64,000 bases of DNA. Source: an uncultured Candidatus Saccharibacteria bacterium. Lineage in GTDB: Bacteria; Patescibacteriota; Minisyncoccia; UBA6257; 2-01-FULL-56-20. Position 1 is the stretch's first letter, and every line of letters starts with the position of its first letter. Position numbers and translations under genes: made by a program. The stretch lies in the NCBI GenBank assembly GCA_964360585.1, contig CAYHXC010000005.1, positions 7,947-71,946 of the forward strand, written 5' to 3'. Shown in pieces: positions 18,887-28,544 of the stretch. The notes beneath the pieces are model-generated. The model worked only from the letters and a program-made list of their open reading frames with translations. It made no database searches and had not been told where the DNA came from.

Positions 18887-19171
18887 CGAGTTTTTATGTT
18901 CTACATGTATATCTTGAAAAGTTTGAAAGATGATAAGTTATACATCGGATACACCGGAAACTTAAAAAGAAGGTTTAGCGAACATAATGGTGGGCTGGTG
19001 CAATCAACGAGGACTAGAAAACCGTTCAAGTTGATTTACTACGAAGCGTATAACAATGCTCAGGAGGCAAAAAGAAGAGAAGGGAATCTGAAGTTAAGAG
19101 CAAAAGCATTACGACAACTCCTCATTAGAATAGAGAAATCGGTTAATTCCTAAACTCGTTTGGTGTGGGGG
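18873..19171. mobile_element. Putative GIY-YIG-encoding element with 20-bp terminal inverted repeats
   Basis: cccccacacca(t)aacgagttt (18873-18893) / aaactcgtttggtgtggggg (19152-19171) tightly enclosing the ORF. Confidence 0.7.
18896..19153 (+). CDS. Small GIY-YIG nuclease family protein
   Basis: FYMYILKS...LYIGYTGNLKRRFSEHN.G...T....PFKLIYYEAY...A.RRE..LK. Confidence 0.92.
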   Translation: MFYMYILKSLKDDKLYIGYTGNLKRRFSEHNGGLVQSTRTRKPFKLIYYEAYNNAQEAKRREGNLKLRAKALRQLLIRIEKSVNS

Positions 19172-19198
19172 AGGTCGAAACTAATAAACTAAAACAAC

Positions 19199-19564
19199 AT
19201 GTCTAAATTAGAAACATTAATTACAGAGATCGAAGGTCTTTCTGTTAAAGAACTGGCCGAGATCGTGAAGTTGATGGAAGAGAAGTTTGGTATTACCGCC
19301 GGCGTGCCGATGGCGGCTGGTGGTGGAGGTGGTGCCGCTCCTGCTGAAGAAAAGACCACCTTTAACCTTGTTCTGAAGGCTGCTGGCGACCAGAAAGTTG
19401 GCGTCATCAAGGTAGTCAAAGAACTGACAGGTTTGGGCTTGAAAGAAGCCAAAGACCTCGTAGATGGCGCTCCGAAGCCGATTAAAGAAGGCTTGAAGAA
19501 GGAGGAGGCCGAAGAGATGAAAAAGCAGCTCGAAGCGGTTGGCGCAACCGTAGAGTTAGCCTAG
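19199..19564 (+). CDS. rplL: 50S ribosomal protein L7/L12
   Basis: [27 protein letters not shown]. Confidence 0.98.
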   Translation: MSKLETLITEIEGLSVKELAEIVKLMEEKFGITAGVPMAAGGGGGAAPAEEKTTFNLVLKAAGDQKVGVIKVVKELTGLGLKEAKDLVDGAPKPIKEGLKKEEAEEMKKQLEAVGATVELA

Positions 19565-19606
19565 TCAAACTCCCAGACTCGAAAGCAATTTCAAGGTTGG
19601 AATTCA

Positions 19607-19645
19607 ACAAAAACCACTGCGGATTGAACCCAGTGGTTTTTTGTT
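19607..19645 (+). terminator. Intrinsic terminator after rplL
   Basis: aacaaaaaaccactg...cagtggttttttgtt. Confidence 0.75.
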
Positions 19646-19676
19646 TTATATTTAGGCGTTATCGTTAAAGACGTTA

Positions 19677-19748
19677 GGGCGGTTAGCTCAGGGGTAGAGC
19701 ACTGCATTCACATTGCAGGGGCCACAGGTTCGAAACCTGTACCGCCCA
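19677..19748 (+). tRNA. tRNA-Val(CAC)
   Basis: GGGCGGT/ACCGCCC acceptor; ctgca-TTCACAT-tgcag. Confidence 0.95.
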
Positions 19749-19956
19749 CAAAAGATAGTCCATATTCGCCTCGATTCGATCGAGTCGAGGCAGGTCGGAG
19801 AGGCCATAGGTCCGATCCCTATATACCCACTAAAATTTTTAGTGGGGAATTATGAAATTTCCCATATCTGCACGAACTGTGCATATCTCGGAAAGAGGCC
19901 TCGAAAAACCCTTTAAAATAGAGGGTTTTCATTTATTCACGGAAAAATCACGGGTT

Positions 19957-20020
19957 TTGACATATATATAAAGTGGTTTAAAATTACATAGAAGTGGTGA
20001 ATTGTGGATAACTATGGGGA
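19957..20020 (+). promoter_or_regulatory. mraZ promoter with putative MraZ-binding GTGG repeats
   Basis: TTGACA (19957)-16 nt-TAAAAT; GTGG/ATGG at 19973, 19994, 20004 and 20014, roughly 10-bp phased. Confidence 0.6.
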
Positions 20021-20066
20021 TAAAGCCCCCTTTCTGTGCAGAACTTTCCAAATTCATGAGGTTTTG

Positions 20067-20100
20067 AGTTATTAGTTATTAGTTATTAGTTATTAGTTAG
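20067..20100. repeat. (AGTTATT)4 tandem heptamer
   Basis: Read directly. Confidence 0.9.
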
Positions 20101-20111
20101 AAGTCACTTTT

Positions 20112-20543
20112 ATGCTCCTAGGCGAATACCGACACAACTTAGACGTCAAAGGTCGAGTAGCCATACCGGCTAAGTTTCGCGAGAAACTTGCAACCGGGGC
20201 TATTGTCACCCGTGGTTTAGATAATTGTTTGTTTTTGTTCGCCGAGGCCGAGTGGAAAGCGTTGGCCGAAAAACTCGTTGCCTTGCCGTTAGCTCAGGCC
20301 AACTCCCGCGCTTTCGTTCGACTTATGCTCTCGGGAGCGATGGATGTGGAGTTCGATAATCAGGGACGCCTGCTCATTCCGGACTACTTGCGAAAGTACG
20401 CTGGCTTGGGCAAGGAGGTGGTGGTAGCCGGTCTCTACAATCGTATTGAACTGTGGGACGCGGCGACCTGGGAGCGCTATAAGCAAAAGACTGAAGGCGC
20501 TTCTGAGGAGATTGCGGAAAAATTAGGGGAGCTTGGAATATAG
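20112..20543 (+). CDS. mraZ: Transcriptional regulator MraZ
   Basis: GEYRHNLDVKGRVAIP, DNQGRLLIP, RIELWD. Confidence 0.97.
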   Translation: MLLGEYRHNLDVKGRVAIPAKFREKLATGAIVTRGLDNCLFLFAEAEWKALAEKLVALPLAQANSRAFVRLMLSGAMDVEFDNQGRLLIPDYLRKYAGLGKEVVVAGLYNRIELWDAATWERYKQKTEGASEEIAEKLGELGI

Positions 20544-20644
20544 AAATGCAAAAATTAAAAATCAAAATGAAAAGTTACTGTTGTTCCAGCGTGCTGGAAC
20601 TTCCTCAATTTTTAACTTTGATATTTGCATTTTGAACTATTCCC

Positions 20645-21529
20645 ATGCATACCCCCGTTCTTTTACAGGAAGTCCTCAAATATCTTGATCCCGAGCCCGG
20701 CGATTTTGTAATTGATGGCACTGCCGATGGCGGTGGTCACGCCGAGGCGATTCTCGCAAAAATCGGATCTCGCGGCACACTCTTAGCACTTGATTGGGAC
20801 AAAAGCATTCTCGATGAATGCAAAAAACGATTACACCGTCCCAAGAATGTTGTTTTCGTAAACGCCAATTACCGCGATATTCCCGAGATACTCACAAAAA
20901 AGAAATTAGGAAAAGCTGACGGGTTGCTTCTCGATCTTGGCTTTTCCTCTCTGCAGATCGAAGGGTTGGGACGAGGATTTAGTTTTAAGAAAGAACTTGG
21001 GAGTGAACCGCTACTCATGACCTATAGCGGCGAGACGGAACCAGTTTGGAAGATCTTGAAGAGTATCAAAGAAGACGATCTCGCTCGAATCATTCGTGAG
21101 CTGGGCGGTGAACGCTTGGCGGGAAGGATCGCTCGCGTCATCAAAGAACGGACACGGAAGAGAACGATTGAGACGAGTGGCGAGTTGGCCGATCTCATTC
21201 GCGGTGTGCTACCGAAGTTTTATGAACGAGGTCGGATCGATCCGGCAACAAGAACCTTCCAGGCTTTGCGGATATACGCCAATAAAGAACTCGAGAATGT
21301 TGAAGCGATTGTGGCCAGTTTGCCGGAAGTAATGGAAGAAGGCGGACGAGTGGTAATTCTCACCTTCCATTCTTTAGAGGACAGAATCGTGAAACATGCT
21401 TTCCGGAAGTTAGAGAAGGATGGACCGTTTAAAATTTTAACAAAAAAACCGATAGAACCCAGTCGAGAAGAAATTATAAATAATACACGTAGCCGATCGG
21501 CGAAACTTCGAGCAATCGAACGAACGTAG
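20645..21529 (+). CDS. rsmH: 16S rRNA m4C1402 methyltransferase
   Basis: HTPVLL, DGTADGGGHA, DLGFSS, ATRTFQALRI, FHSLEDR, SRSAKLR. Confidence 0.97.
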   Translation: MHTPVLLQEVLKYLDPEPGDFVIDGTADGGGHAEAILAKIGSRGTLLALDWDKSILDECKKRLHRPKNVVFVNANYRDIPEILTKKKLGKADGLLLDLGFSSLQIEGLGRGFSFKKELGSEPLLMTYSGETEPVWKILKSIKEDDLARIIRELGGERLAGRIARVIKERTRKRTIETSGELADLIRGVLPKFYERGRIDPATRTFQALRIYANKELENVEAIVASLPEVMEEGGRVVILTFHSLEDRIVKHAFRKLEKDGPFKILTKKPIEPSREEIINNTRSRSAKLRAIERT

Positions 21530-21688
21530 AACTTATCTTAAAAATTGCTTCCGAGTCAGATGAAGAAGATTTCGAGCGTAAGGCATCTTCTCCTGACGAA
21601 GGAATAGCAGAGCTATTTCAAGGAAGGAAAGATGAGTTGCAACCGAAAGCTGAATGAGATGACCGGAATGAATTTTTAAGATAAGTTC
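21529..21688. repeat. Palindromic element with perfect 18-bp terminal IR
   Basis: gaacttatcttaaaaatt/aatttttaagataagttc; internal ggaatag..ctatttcaagga shared with 26978-27139. Confidence 0.8.
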
Positions 21689-21697
21689 CAAAAGACA

Positions 21698-22012
21698 ATG
21701 ACCTATATCCAATCCAACACCACCAACTTTGCCTACCGTTTCGCCGTGATTTTTTTGATATCCACTATTGTATTAGTCGCTGTTTACCTTATTATGATAT
21801 ACAGTCACACAGTTAGTCTCGCGAATGAAATTAAGAAAACAAAATTGGCGCTTAAAACGACGATGACAGAAAGCGCCGAAGCGCAGAGCGAGATTTTTAA
21901 GAGTGCCACTGATACATTTTTGCGGTCAAAGGCCAGCGAACTTGGCCTGGTAGAGGAAAAAAATCCAACTTACTTCGAGCTTCAGAAGCAATGGCTGTTC
22001 GCTTCTCAATAA
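21698..22012 (+). CDS. FtsL-like protein
   Basis: TM plus coiled coil, KASELGL; located between rsmH and the PBP gene. Confidence 0.6.
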   Translation: MTYIQSNTTNFAYRFAVIFLISTIVLVAVYLIMIYSHTVSLANEIKKTKLALKTTMTESAEAQSEIFKSATDTFLRSKASELGLVEEKNPTYFELQKQWLFASQ

Positions 22013-23637
22013 TTCTGGTTTTTATTTTTGGCGCGTATGCGCTTCTTGTTTTTAATCTCTATAACTTACAGATAGTCGGGGGCAAAGGGTATATTGCCCG
22101 CGCTGACTCTCAAGCGGCTGGCCTTGATTGGCAAGTTGGCCGGAGGGGTAGCATTTTTTTTACTGATCGGAATGGAAATTTGATGCAGATGGCCGCCATA
22201 AAGGATGTGCCGTTTGTTTTCGCTGTTCCGAAGGATATGGATGACGTGGCCGAGACGGTCCATCAGTTGGTTGCGGTCACTGGTCAGGATCCGAACGAGA
22301 TCATTACTTCTTTAAAAGGCAAAAAACAAGTGGCTTTAGAGAAAAAAGCCTCGGCCGATCTTGTCGAAAAAATCGATGATCTGAAACTCAAAGGAATTTA
22401 TACGAGTGTGAAGCCGACCCGATCGTATCCCTTGAGCTCACTCGCCGCCCATCTTTTAGGTTTTGTCAGTCCCGATAGCGAAGGGGTGGGGGAGAGCGGC
22501 CGGTACGGTGTTGAAAAATTTTACGACAATGAGCTGAAGGGCAGTTCCTCGACGACGAAGAGTGGCGGCTGGAATCAGGGCGAGGACCTCTATCTCACCA
22601 TTGAGCCGAATGTTCAGAAAGAAGCGGAACGAATTTTGAACGATATCGTTAATCGGTTTCAAGCTGTCAGCGGCTTGGCGATTGTTCAAGAACCAAAGAC
22701 CGGAAAGATTTTAGCCTTAGCCGGCGAGCCGACCTTTGATCCCAACAAATATCAGGAAAGCGATTTGAGTACATTTTTGAATCCGGCGACGCAAAAAATC
22801 TATGAGCCCGGTTCGATCTTTAAAGTTTTGACGATGGCGGCTGGTATCGATGCCGGTAAAATTACACCGCAAACAACGTATGTTGATAAAGGAAAGTTAA
22901 CCTTAAATGGCCGGACGGTCAGCAACTGGGACTATAAGACGCACGGCGCCTACGGCAAGATCACTATGACGGACGTGATTGAGAACTCGATTAACACCGG
23001 CGCAATTTTTGCCGAAAAAACGACCGGTCACAAAGTTTTCACGGACTACATGAAAAAATTCGGTTTGGATGAAGAAACGGGCGTGGAGTTGCCCGGCGAG
23101 CTTTCCGGAAATTTAAAGCGATTAAATAGCAAGGAGCCGGATGTCGCTTTTGCCACCGCCTCGTACGGTCAGGGTGTGGCGGTAACGCCTGTCGGACTTT
23201 TGAGCGCCGTTGGAGTATTAGCGAACAAAGGCCTCCTCATGCGGCCGTATGTGAACGCCGAAAGCACTGCAACTGTCGTGCGTCGCGTTGTTTCCGAAAA
23301 AACGGCCAAGCAGGTGACGGATATGATGGTCTCGGCTGTAAAGTTGAACAAAGTGGCGCACATTCCGGGCTACTCTATTGCCGGAAAAACTGGTACGGCC
23401 TTTATCCCTGACTTTAATCATGGTGGTTACACGACCGAAGTCTTCAATACGTACATCGGTTATGGTCCAACCAGCGATCCCAAATTCATCATTCTTTTCC
23501 GTTTAGAAAAACCGGTTGGCGCGCCGCTCGCGGGAACGAGCGTGGTGCCGGCTTTCCGGGAGATGGCGCAATTTATGATTAACTACTATGATATCCCTCC
23601 GGATCATCCGGAAGAAACGAAGAAAGCCACACTGTAA
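21991..23637 (+). CDS. ftsI: Class B penicillin-binding protein (FtsI-like)
   Basis: RGSIFFTDRNG, YEPGSIFK (SxxK), SIN, KTGT. Confidence 0.9.
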   Translation: MAVRFSIILVFIFGAYALLVFNLYNLQIVGGKGYIARADSQAAGLDWQVGRRGSIFFTDRNGNLMQMAAIKDVPFVFAVPKDMDDVAETVHQLVAVTGQDPNEIITSLKGKKQVALEKKASADLVEKIDDLKLKGIYTSVKPTRSYPLSSLAAHLLGFVSPDSEGVGESGRYGVEKFYDNELKGSSSTTKSGGWNQGEDLYLTIEPNVQKEAERILNDIVNRFQAVSGLAIVQEPKTGKILALAGEPTFDPNKYQESDLSTFLNPATQKIYEPGSIFKVLTMAAGIDAGKITPQTTYVDKGKLTLNGRTVSNWDYKTHGAYGKITMTDVIENSINTGAIFAEKTTGHKVFTDYMKKFGLDEETGVELPGELSGNLKRLNSKEPDVAFATASYGQGVAVTPVGLLSAVGVLANKGLLMRPYVNAESTATVVRRVVSEKTAKQVTDMMVSAVKLNKVAHIPGYSIAGKTGTAFIPDFNHGGYTTEVFNTYIGYGPTSDPKFIILFRLEKPVGAPLAGTSVVPAFREMAQFMINYYDIPPDHPEETKKATL

Positions 23638-23769
23638 TCCCTCACCCAATGAGAAAAATAGCTTGACCATGAATTTTCCACATAAACACACAGCCTTCTT
23701 TCATAAAAAGTCGTTTTTAATAAGAGACAAAGTCGTTGCAAGACGGCTGTTTCTCATTGGGTGAGGGAT
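23637..23769. repeat. CCCCACACC-family element, copy A
   Basis: atccctcacccaatgagaaa/tttctcattgggtgagggat, perfect 20 bp. Confidence 0.9.
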
Positions 23770-23771
23770 GA

Positions 23772-23900
23772 ATCCCCGCACCTAACGAGAAAAGTGAGAT
23801 GAAATATCAATAATTATACATACAACAATGACAATAAAAGAGGCGAAGATTACATCGAGATTTTGCCGCTTTGCGGCGATTTCTCATTAGGTGAGGGGAT
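23772..23900. repeat. CCCCACACC-family element, copy B (ends in the murF ATG)
   Basis: atccccgcacctaacgagaaa/tttctcattaggtgaggggat. Confidence 0.9.
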
Positions 23901-25128
23901 GAAACCACAAGCCAAATACCTCCTTGAACGTATCCTTAAATACCTGGCCAAAGCGACACTGTGGCGGTATCGACCAGCCATTGTTGGCATTACCGGCAGT
24001 GTTGGCAAGACCTCGACCAAAGAAGCGATCGGAGCCGTCTTAAAGAGCGAGCGAAAAGTGCGCGTGGCTTCCAAGAATTTCAATAACGAGATCGGCCTGC
24101 CACTCACGATTCTGAGTTCGGAAACCGCCATAACCGGTGCGGGATTTTGGGTACGAGTTATTCTCCGGGCAATCTGGAATATTATTCGGAAAACGGACTA
24201 TCCCGAAATTTTGGTTTTGGAGTTTGGGATCGATCGTCCTGGCGATATGCGCTATCTCCTCGAGATCGCCCGACCGAATGTTGGGGTAGTCACGGCGATT
24301 GGTGAGATTCCGGTTCACGTCGAGTACTTCTCCGGGCCGGAAGAAGTGGCTCGAGAAAAGGCTCGTTTGATTGAACAATTGCCGGCCGGCGGATTTGCCA
24401 TCCTGAATTACGATAGCCACATCGTCATGGGTTTGAAAGATCGAACGCGCGCGCATCGGATGAGCTACGGCTTCCATCGTGATGCCGAAGTACGAATCTC
24501 GAATTTCGCCACCAGAATTGAAGAGGGTAATCCGGTGGGAACGAGTTTCAAGCTTGAGTATGCCGGAAATTTTGTTCCGGTTCGTCTCGATCATGTTTTT
24601 GGCCGGGCACAAGCGTACGCCGCCGCCGCGGGTGCTTCCGTCGGATTGATTTTCGGTTTGAACTTGGTTACTATCTCCGAAGCTTTGAAGGATTACCGAC
24701 CACCAGAACATCGTTTTCAGTTGTTGCGCGGCTTGAAAGATACGATCGTAATTGATGATGCCTATAACGCCAGCCCACTTTCGGTTCATGCCGCACTCGA
24801 CACCTTGAAAGATTTGGAGGGTAAGCGAAAAATTGCGATTTTGGGTGACATGCGCGAGATCGGATCATTCGCCGCCGAAGCCCACCAGGACATTGGTCGA
24901 GTGGCGGGGGAGATTGCCGATATTTTAGTCGGCATCGGTCCGAACGCGCGGCATATCGCCGACGGTGCAATCGAAACCGGACTTTCGAAAAAGAATATCC
25001 GTCTTTTCGAAACTGCCGACCAAGCAATTCTCTCGATCCAGGAGCTGATCAAAAAAGGAGATATTATTCTCGTCAAAGCGTCGCACAGTATTGGTTTGGA
25101 AAAAGTAGTAGAAAGTATCAAAGCATAG
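23899..25128 (+). CDS. murF: UDP-N-acetylmuramoyl-tripeptide--D-Ala-D-Ala ligase
   Basis: GITGSVGKTSTKE, NNEIGLPLT, DDAYNASP, ILGDMREIG, VKASH. Confidence 0.93.
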   Translation: MKPQAKYLLERILKYLAKATLWRYRPAIVGITGSVGKTSTKEAIGAVLKSERKVRVASKNFNNEIGLPLTILSSETAITGAGFWVRVILRAIWNIIRKTDYPEILVLEFGIDRPGDMRYLLEIARPNVGVVTAIGEIPVHVEYFSGPEEVAREKARLIEQLPAGGFAILNYDSHIVMGLKDRTRAHRMSYGFHRDAEVRISNFATRIEEGNPVGTSFKLEYAGNFVPVRLDHVFGRAQAYAAAAGASVGLIFGLNLVTISEALKDYRPPEHRFQLLRGLKDTIVIDDAYNASPLSVHAALDTLKDLEGKRKIAILGDMREIGSFAAEAHQDIGRVAGEIADILVGIGPNARHIADGAIETGLSKKNIRLFETADQAILSIQELIKKGDIILVKASHSIGLEKVVESIKA

Positions 25129-25224
25129 GAAATGGCGCCACCCGCCGTAGGCGGGTAAATCGTCCCCGCCCTCCTTCGGAGGGTAACGGCTTCCGCCGGA
25201 GGCGGACGAGAGGACAGCGAATAT

Positions 25225-25296
25225 GGCCTCATCGTCTAACGGCTAGGACAGTGCCCTCTCACGGCACAAATCGGGGTTCGATTCCCCGTGGGGCTA
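25225..25296 (+). tRNA. tRNA-Glu(CUC)
   Basis: gtgcc-CTCTCAC-ggcac; cgggg-ttcgatt-ccccg. Confidence 0.93.
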
Positions 25297-25339
25297 CTAA
25301 AACAAAAAATCGCACTCATCGCAGTGTGGTTTTTTGTTT

Positions 25340-25509
25340 TAGTAGTTCGGAGAAGAATTGAACGAGCGGAAGGGGCTCGCCTCGCTTGAGCTTTGGCGAA
25401 GCGGGTCGGGGAACCACGATTGGTTCCCCGTGTAGGAAATTATTCAAAACCGTGGGTTTTGAAAAGCGAGTGAAGCGAGCGCGTGAGCTTCCCCTTGGGC
25501 TTTTTACTA
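25340..25509. repeat. tRNA 3'-end-mimicking element (after tRNA-Glu)
   Basis: Degenerate inverted and direct copies of the tRNA 3' end flank a core shared with 59369-59533. Confidence 0.65.
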
Positions 25510-25536
25510 TCCGTATCATTTGTTATTATTACTCAA

Positions 25537-25788
25537 ATGAGCTTAGGTATCTTAGTAATAAGCGTTGTTAGTTTTATAGCAAGTGTCATAGCCATATTTG
25601 TATCCATAATGGCCTGGCATAAAAATCGTGCTATATATGACATAGAATCCTTTCCATTAAGAAGCGACAGCATCGGCGGTCTAAGAGCAAAGTTGAATTC
25701 GGGGAAATATACAATACTGGCAGTTCACGATGAAACTCTCAATCCTTCGATTTCCACGAAGGTGCTATTAGGGAAGGTTAAAGAATAA
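25537..25788 (+). CDS. Small membrane-anchored hypothetical protein
   Basis: N-terminal TM, AT-rich. Confidence 0.55.
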   Translation: MSLGILVISVVSFIASVIAIFVSIMAWHKNRAIYDIESFPLRSDSIGGLRAKLNSGKYTILAVHDETLNPSISTKVLLGKVKE

Positions 25789-25805
25789 GATAGTACAATA
25801 CCTAT

Positions 25806-26528
25806 ATGCAAAAACTGATTATCGGGAACTGGAAGATGAATCCAGGCTCACTCGTTGAGGTAAAAAAATTGGTACAGTCTTTAGACAAGGTTAAAGTAGG
25901 AAAGAATGTTTCTGTGGCCATTTGTCCGCCATTTGTGTACCTGCCGCTTTTGAAAACCAAGTTTACACTTGGCGCGCAGGATGCGTTTGGAGAAGAGAAA
26001 GGAGCTTACACCGGAGAGATTTCACCCTCGATGCTTAAAAATCTGGGCGTCGAGTACGTTATCCTTGGTCACTCTGAACGACGGATTCACATTGGAGAAA
26101 CTGACGAACTGATTGCTAAAAAAATTAAAGGAGCTATGGTAGCCGGTTTGAAAGTGATTCTTTGCGTCGGAGAGCCGCTTGCTATGAGAAAGAAAGGAAT
26201 GGCGGCAAGTAAAAAGTATGTGGAAGGCCAGCTTAAGAAAGATTTAAGTCTCTTAAAGCCGAAGGATCGATCTAAAGTTATTGTTGCCTATGAACCTATC
26301 TGGGCGATAAGTACCATGCCTGGGGCAAAGCCGGACAGTCCAGAAGGCGCGGCGGAGATGATCGTTTCTATAAAGAAAATAACCAAAGGAAAAGTTATCT
26401 ACGGTGGATCGGTGAATGGTGCAAATGCTCGAGGATTCTTGGAAAGGAAAGAAATCGACGGAGCCTTACCCGGCGGCGCCAGTCTGAAGCCCGAAGAATT
26501 CAGGAAGATCATTGAAGCCGCCTCTTGA
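25806..26528 (+). CDS. tpiA: Triosephosphate isomerase
   Basis: GNWKMN, GAYTGEIS, GHSERR, AYEPIWAI, YGGSV, GGASL. Confidence 0.98.
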   Translation: MQKLIIGNWKMNPGSLVEVKKLVQSLDKVKVGKNVSVAICPPFVYLPLLKTKFTLGAQDAFGEEKGAYTGEISPSMLKNLGVEYVILGHSERRIHIGETDELIAKKIKGAMVAGLKVILCVGEPLAMRKKGMAASKKYVEGQLKKDLSLLKPKDRSKVIVAYEPIWAISTMPGAKPDSPEGAAEMIVSIKKITKGKVIYGGSVNGANARGFLERKEIDGALPGGASLKPEEFRKIIEAAS

Positions 26529-26658
26529 TCCCCACACCTAATCAGGAAAGAAAGAAGTATCAGAGACGGACTTTAATTCGAGTCTATATATTAGAAAAGG
26601 GAAGTTTTGAAAGGATGGGGCTGTTTTAGAGAGAAAATTCCTGGTTAGGTGTGGGGAT
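26528..26658. repeat. CCCCACACC-family element, copy C
   Basis: atccccacacctaatcaggaa/ttcctggttaggtgtggggat; overlaps the tpiA stop. Confidence 0.85.
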
Positions 26659-26686
26659 TGACTTTTCAATAGTTATCCTGTATAGT
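26658..26686 (+). promoter_or_regulatory. Sigma70-like promoter abutting copy C
   Basis: TTGACT-17 nt-TATAGT. Confidence 0.55.
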
Positions 26687-26877
26687 CCTAAGCGAATGAG
26701 TGCAGTCCGCAAGGATTACACGATTTGTTCAAACTAGCCCCGCCCCAAAGCGGGGTTCGTTTGTTATTATCGCAGATAATAATCCTGAGCTTGTCGAAGG
26801 GTTTTCATACTGCTATTATCAAAACTACTAGACTGAAGGGCCGTTTAGGGGGTTACAAGGAGAGCACTTATACAAAG

Positions 26878-26957
26878 GAGTCACATATGGGATCACAAGG
26901 AGAGCACTCATTCTTTAACAAATTCGAGGTCACCACTTGTGATCCCATATGTGATTC
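26878..26957. repeat. 22-bp inverted repeat
   Basis: gagtcacatatgggatcacaag / cttgtgatcccatatgtgattc. Confidence 0.85.
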
Positions 26958-26977
26958 TACATACTTGTAGCCCCCAG

Positions 26978-27139
26978 AGAGCTTGTCCGGAAACCTTTGC
27001 TCGTCGCGAGATCCCGAAATGATCAGCGAGACAAGGAAAAATGAGGCAGGAATAGTCGGAACTATTTCAAGGAGTTTTGACGAAGTCGCAGCCAGCATTA
27101 CGGGATTGCAGTAAGACAAGAGATTTTTGGACATGCTCT
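26978..27139. repeat. Palindromic element related to 21529-21688
   Basis: agagcttgtccggaaa/ttttggacatgctct ends; ggaatagtcggaactatttcaagga core. Confidence 0.65.
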
Positions 27140-27155
27140 AGACTCTAGAAAACTT

Positions 27156-28082
27156 ATGATTCAAGAAAACGTTCCATTTTCTACTCTAGGCAGTTATCGC
27201 CTCGGAGGAAATGTGAGTCATTTGGCCACTCCTCGGACCGAAGAGGAGCTTCTGGCTACGATTCAGCTTCTAAACGACCGTAAATGGCCGGTTTTTATTA
27301 TAGGAAGCGGTACAAATCTCCTGGTTGGCGATGAAGGGTTTTCAGGCCTTATGATCCGGCCGGATTTTTCCTTCATTGAACAGAACGGGAATGAGATCCG
27401 AGTAGGCGCGGGAGTTTTGATGGCGGATCTTTTGGCATATGCGCTTCGAGAAAATTTAGGCGGAATGGAGTGGGCTGGGGGATTGCCGGGGACAGTGGGT
27501 GGCGCAGTGCGCGGCAACGCCGGATGTTTTGGGAGCGAGACAAAAGATTTTATTTTGGGTGTTGAAAGCATTAATCTCCAAACCGGAAAGAAGATAGTTC
27601 GCGAGAAAAAAGACGGTGAGTTCGAGTATCGCTCCAGTATTTTCAAAACAAAATTAGACGGAAAAGAAATTATCACCGCGGCGACGCTTACACTCTTTCC
27701 GCAGGAAAGGAAAATTTCCGAGGCGGTGGCGAATGAGCATATCCAGTACCGCAAAGACCGCCAACCACTCGAATATCCGAACATTGGAAGCATTTTCAAA
27801 AATGTTGATGCACGAAATTTTACCGAAGAGAAACTGAAACCATTTTCTGCGGTGATAAAAAAAGATCCATTTCTGGTTATCCCGACAGCGTATTTAATTT
27901 CCGAAACAGGTTTGAAAGGCACTCGTTCCGGCGGCGCAGAGATCTCGGGAAAGCATCCGAACTTTATTATCAATACCGGGCAAGCGACAGCTAAAGACGT
28001 GAAAACGCTCATATCCCTAGCCCAAGAGAAGGTGAAGGAGAAATTCTCTATACAGATCGAGCCTGAAGTCATCGAAATTTGA
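27156..28082 (+). CDS. murB: UDP-N-acetylenolpyruvoylglucosamine reductase
   Basis: IGSGTNLL, GLPGTVGGAVRGNAG, GSIFKN, KHPNFIIN, IEPEV. Confidence 0.96.
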   Translation: MIQENVPFSTLGSYRLGGNVSHLATPRTEEELLATIQLLNDRKWPVFIIGSGTNLLVGDEGFSGLMIRPDFSFIEQNGNEIRVGAGVLMADLLAYALRENLGGMEWAGGLPGTVGGAVRGNAGCFGSETKDFILGVESINLQTGKKIVREKKDGEFEYRSSIFKTKLDGKEIITAATLTLFPQERKISEAVANEHIQYRKDRQPLEYPNIGSIFKNVDARNFTEEKLKPFSAVIKKDPFLVIPTAYLISETGLKGTRSGGAEISGKHPNFIINTGQATAKDVKTLISLAQEKVKEKFSIQIEPEVIEI

Positions 28083-28097
28083 GGGGCTACGTTCGTT

Positions 28098-28139
28098 CCT
28101 AATACTTCTAACTCACGATCGTGAGTTAGAAGTATTAGG
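28098..28139. repeat. 42-bp perfect loop-less palindrome
   Basis: cctaatacttctaactcacga|tcgtgagttagaagtattagg. Confidence 0.9.
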
Positions 28140-28361
28140 GAGTCCAGTTTGGTAGGTAAAACTTTTTGATCTAATCCTTCCGCCAAAGAAATATTTGTTT
28201 AAATAAGCTCTCGAAGTTTCACGCACATCCCCCTGGTCAGTGAACAATATTATTTTTTGAAAAGCTTTGTATGCGCTCTTCTTAAAAGTGAGGATATTAC
28301 TTCGAAGAAGCTATCGGAAGTGTTGCGAGCTTGGATTTTCGCGAAGTAAAAATAGTTGAGA

Positions 28362-28411
28362 AGTCCGACGTGAAAGTCGGACTCCGACCTCGCAAAAAGC
28401 GAGCGTCGGAG
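28362..28411 (-). repeat. Empty double-hairpin element, same frame as the tRNA-Thr insert
   Basis: Minus strand reads ctccgacgc-N14-gtcggag-tccgac-tttcac-gtcggact. Confidence 0.75.
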
Positions 28412-28544
28412 TTATCCACAGATTTTCTCCCAAAATGGAAAACCAATCTGCTATACTTAGTTTGTAATCGAGAAGCAACAAAATTTTCATAAGAAATTTT
28501 GAGAAAGGTCGAGTGGTCTATATAAAACGTTTTATATAAAACAA

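Noticed and set aside
27263-28186. Long antisense ORFs (over murB, murF, pyk and others)
   Set aside because: Shadow frames of well-supported genes, with no recognisable motifs.
28412-28420. oriC suggested by DnaA boxes (TTATCCACA here, TGTGGATAA at 20003)
   Set aside because: The boxes are isolated, with no cluster and no dnaA or dnaN nearby. The 20003 box lies within the MraZ repeats.
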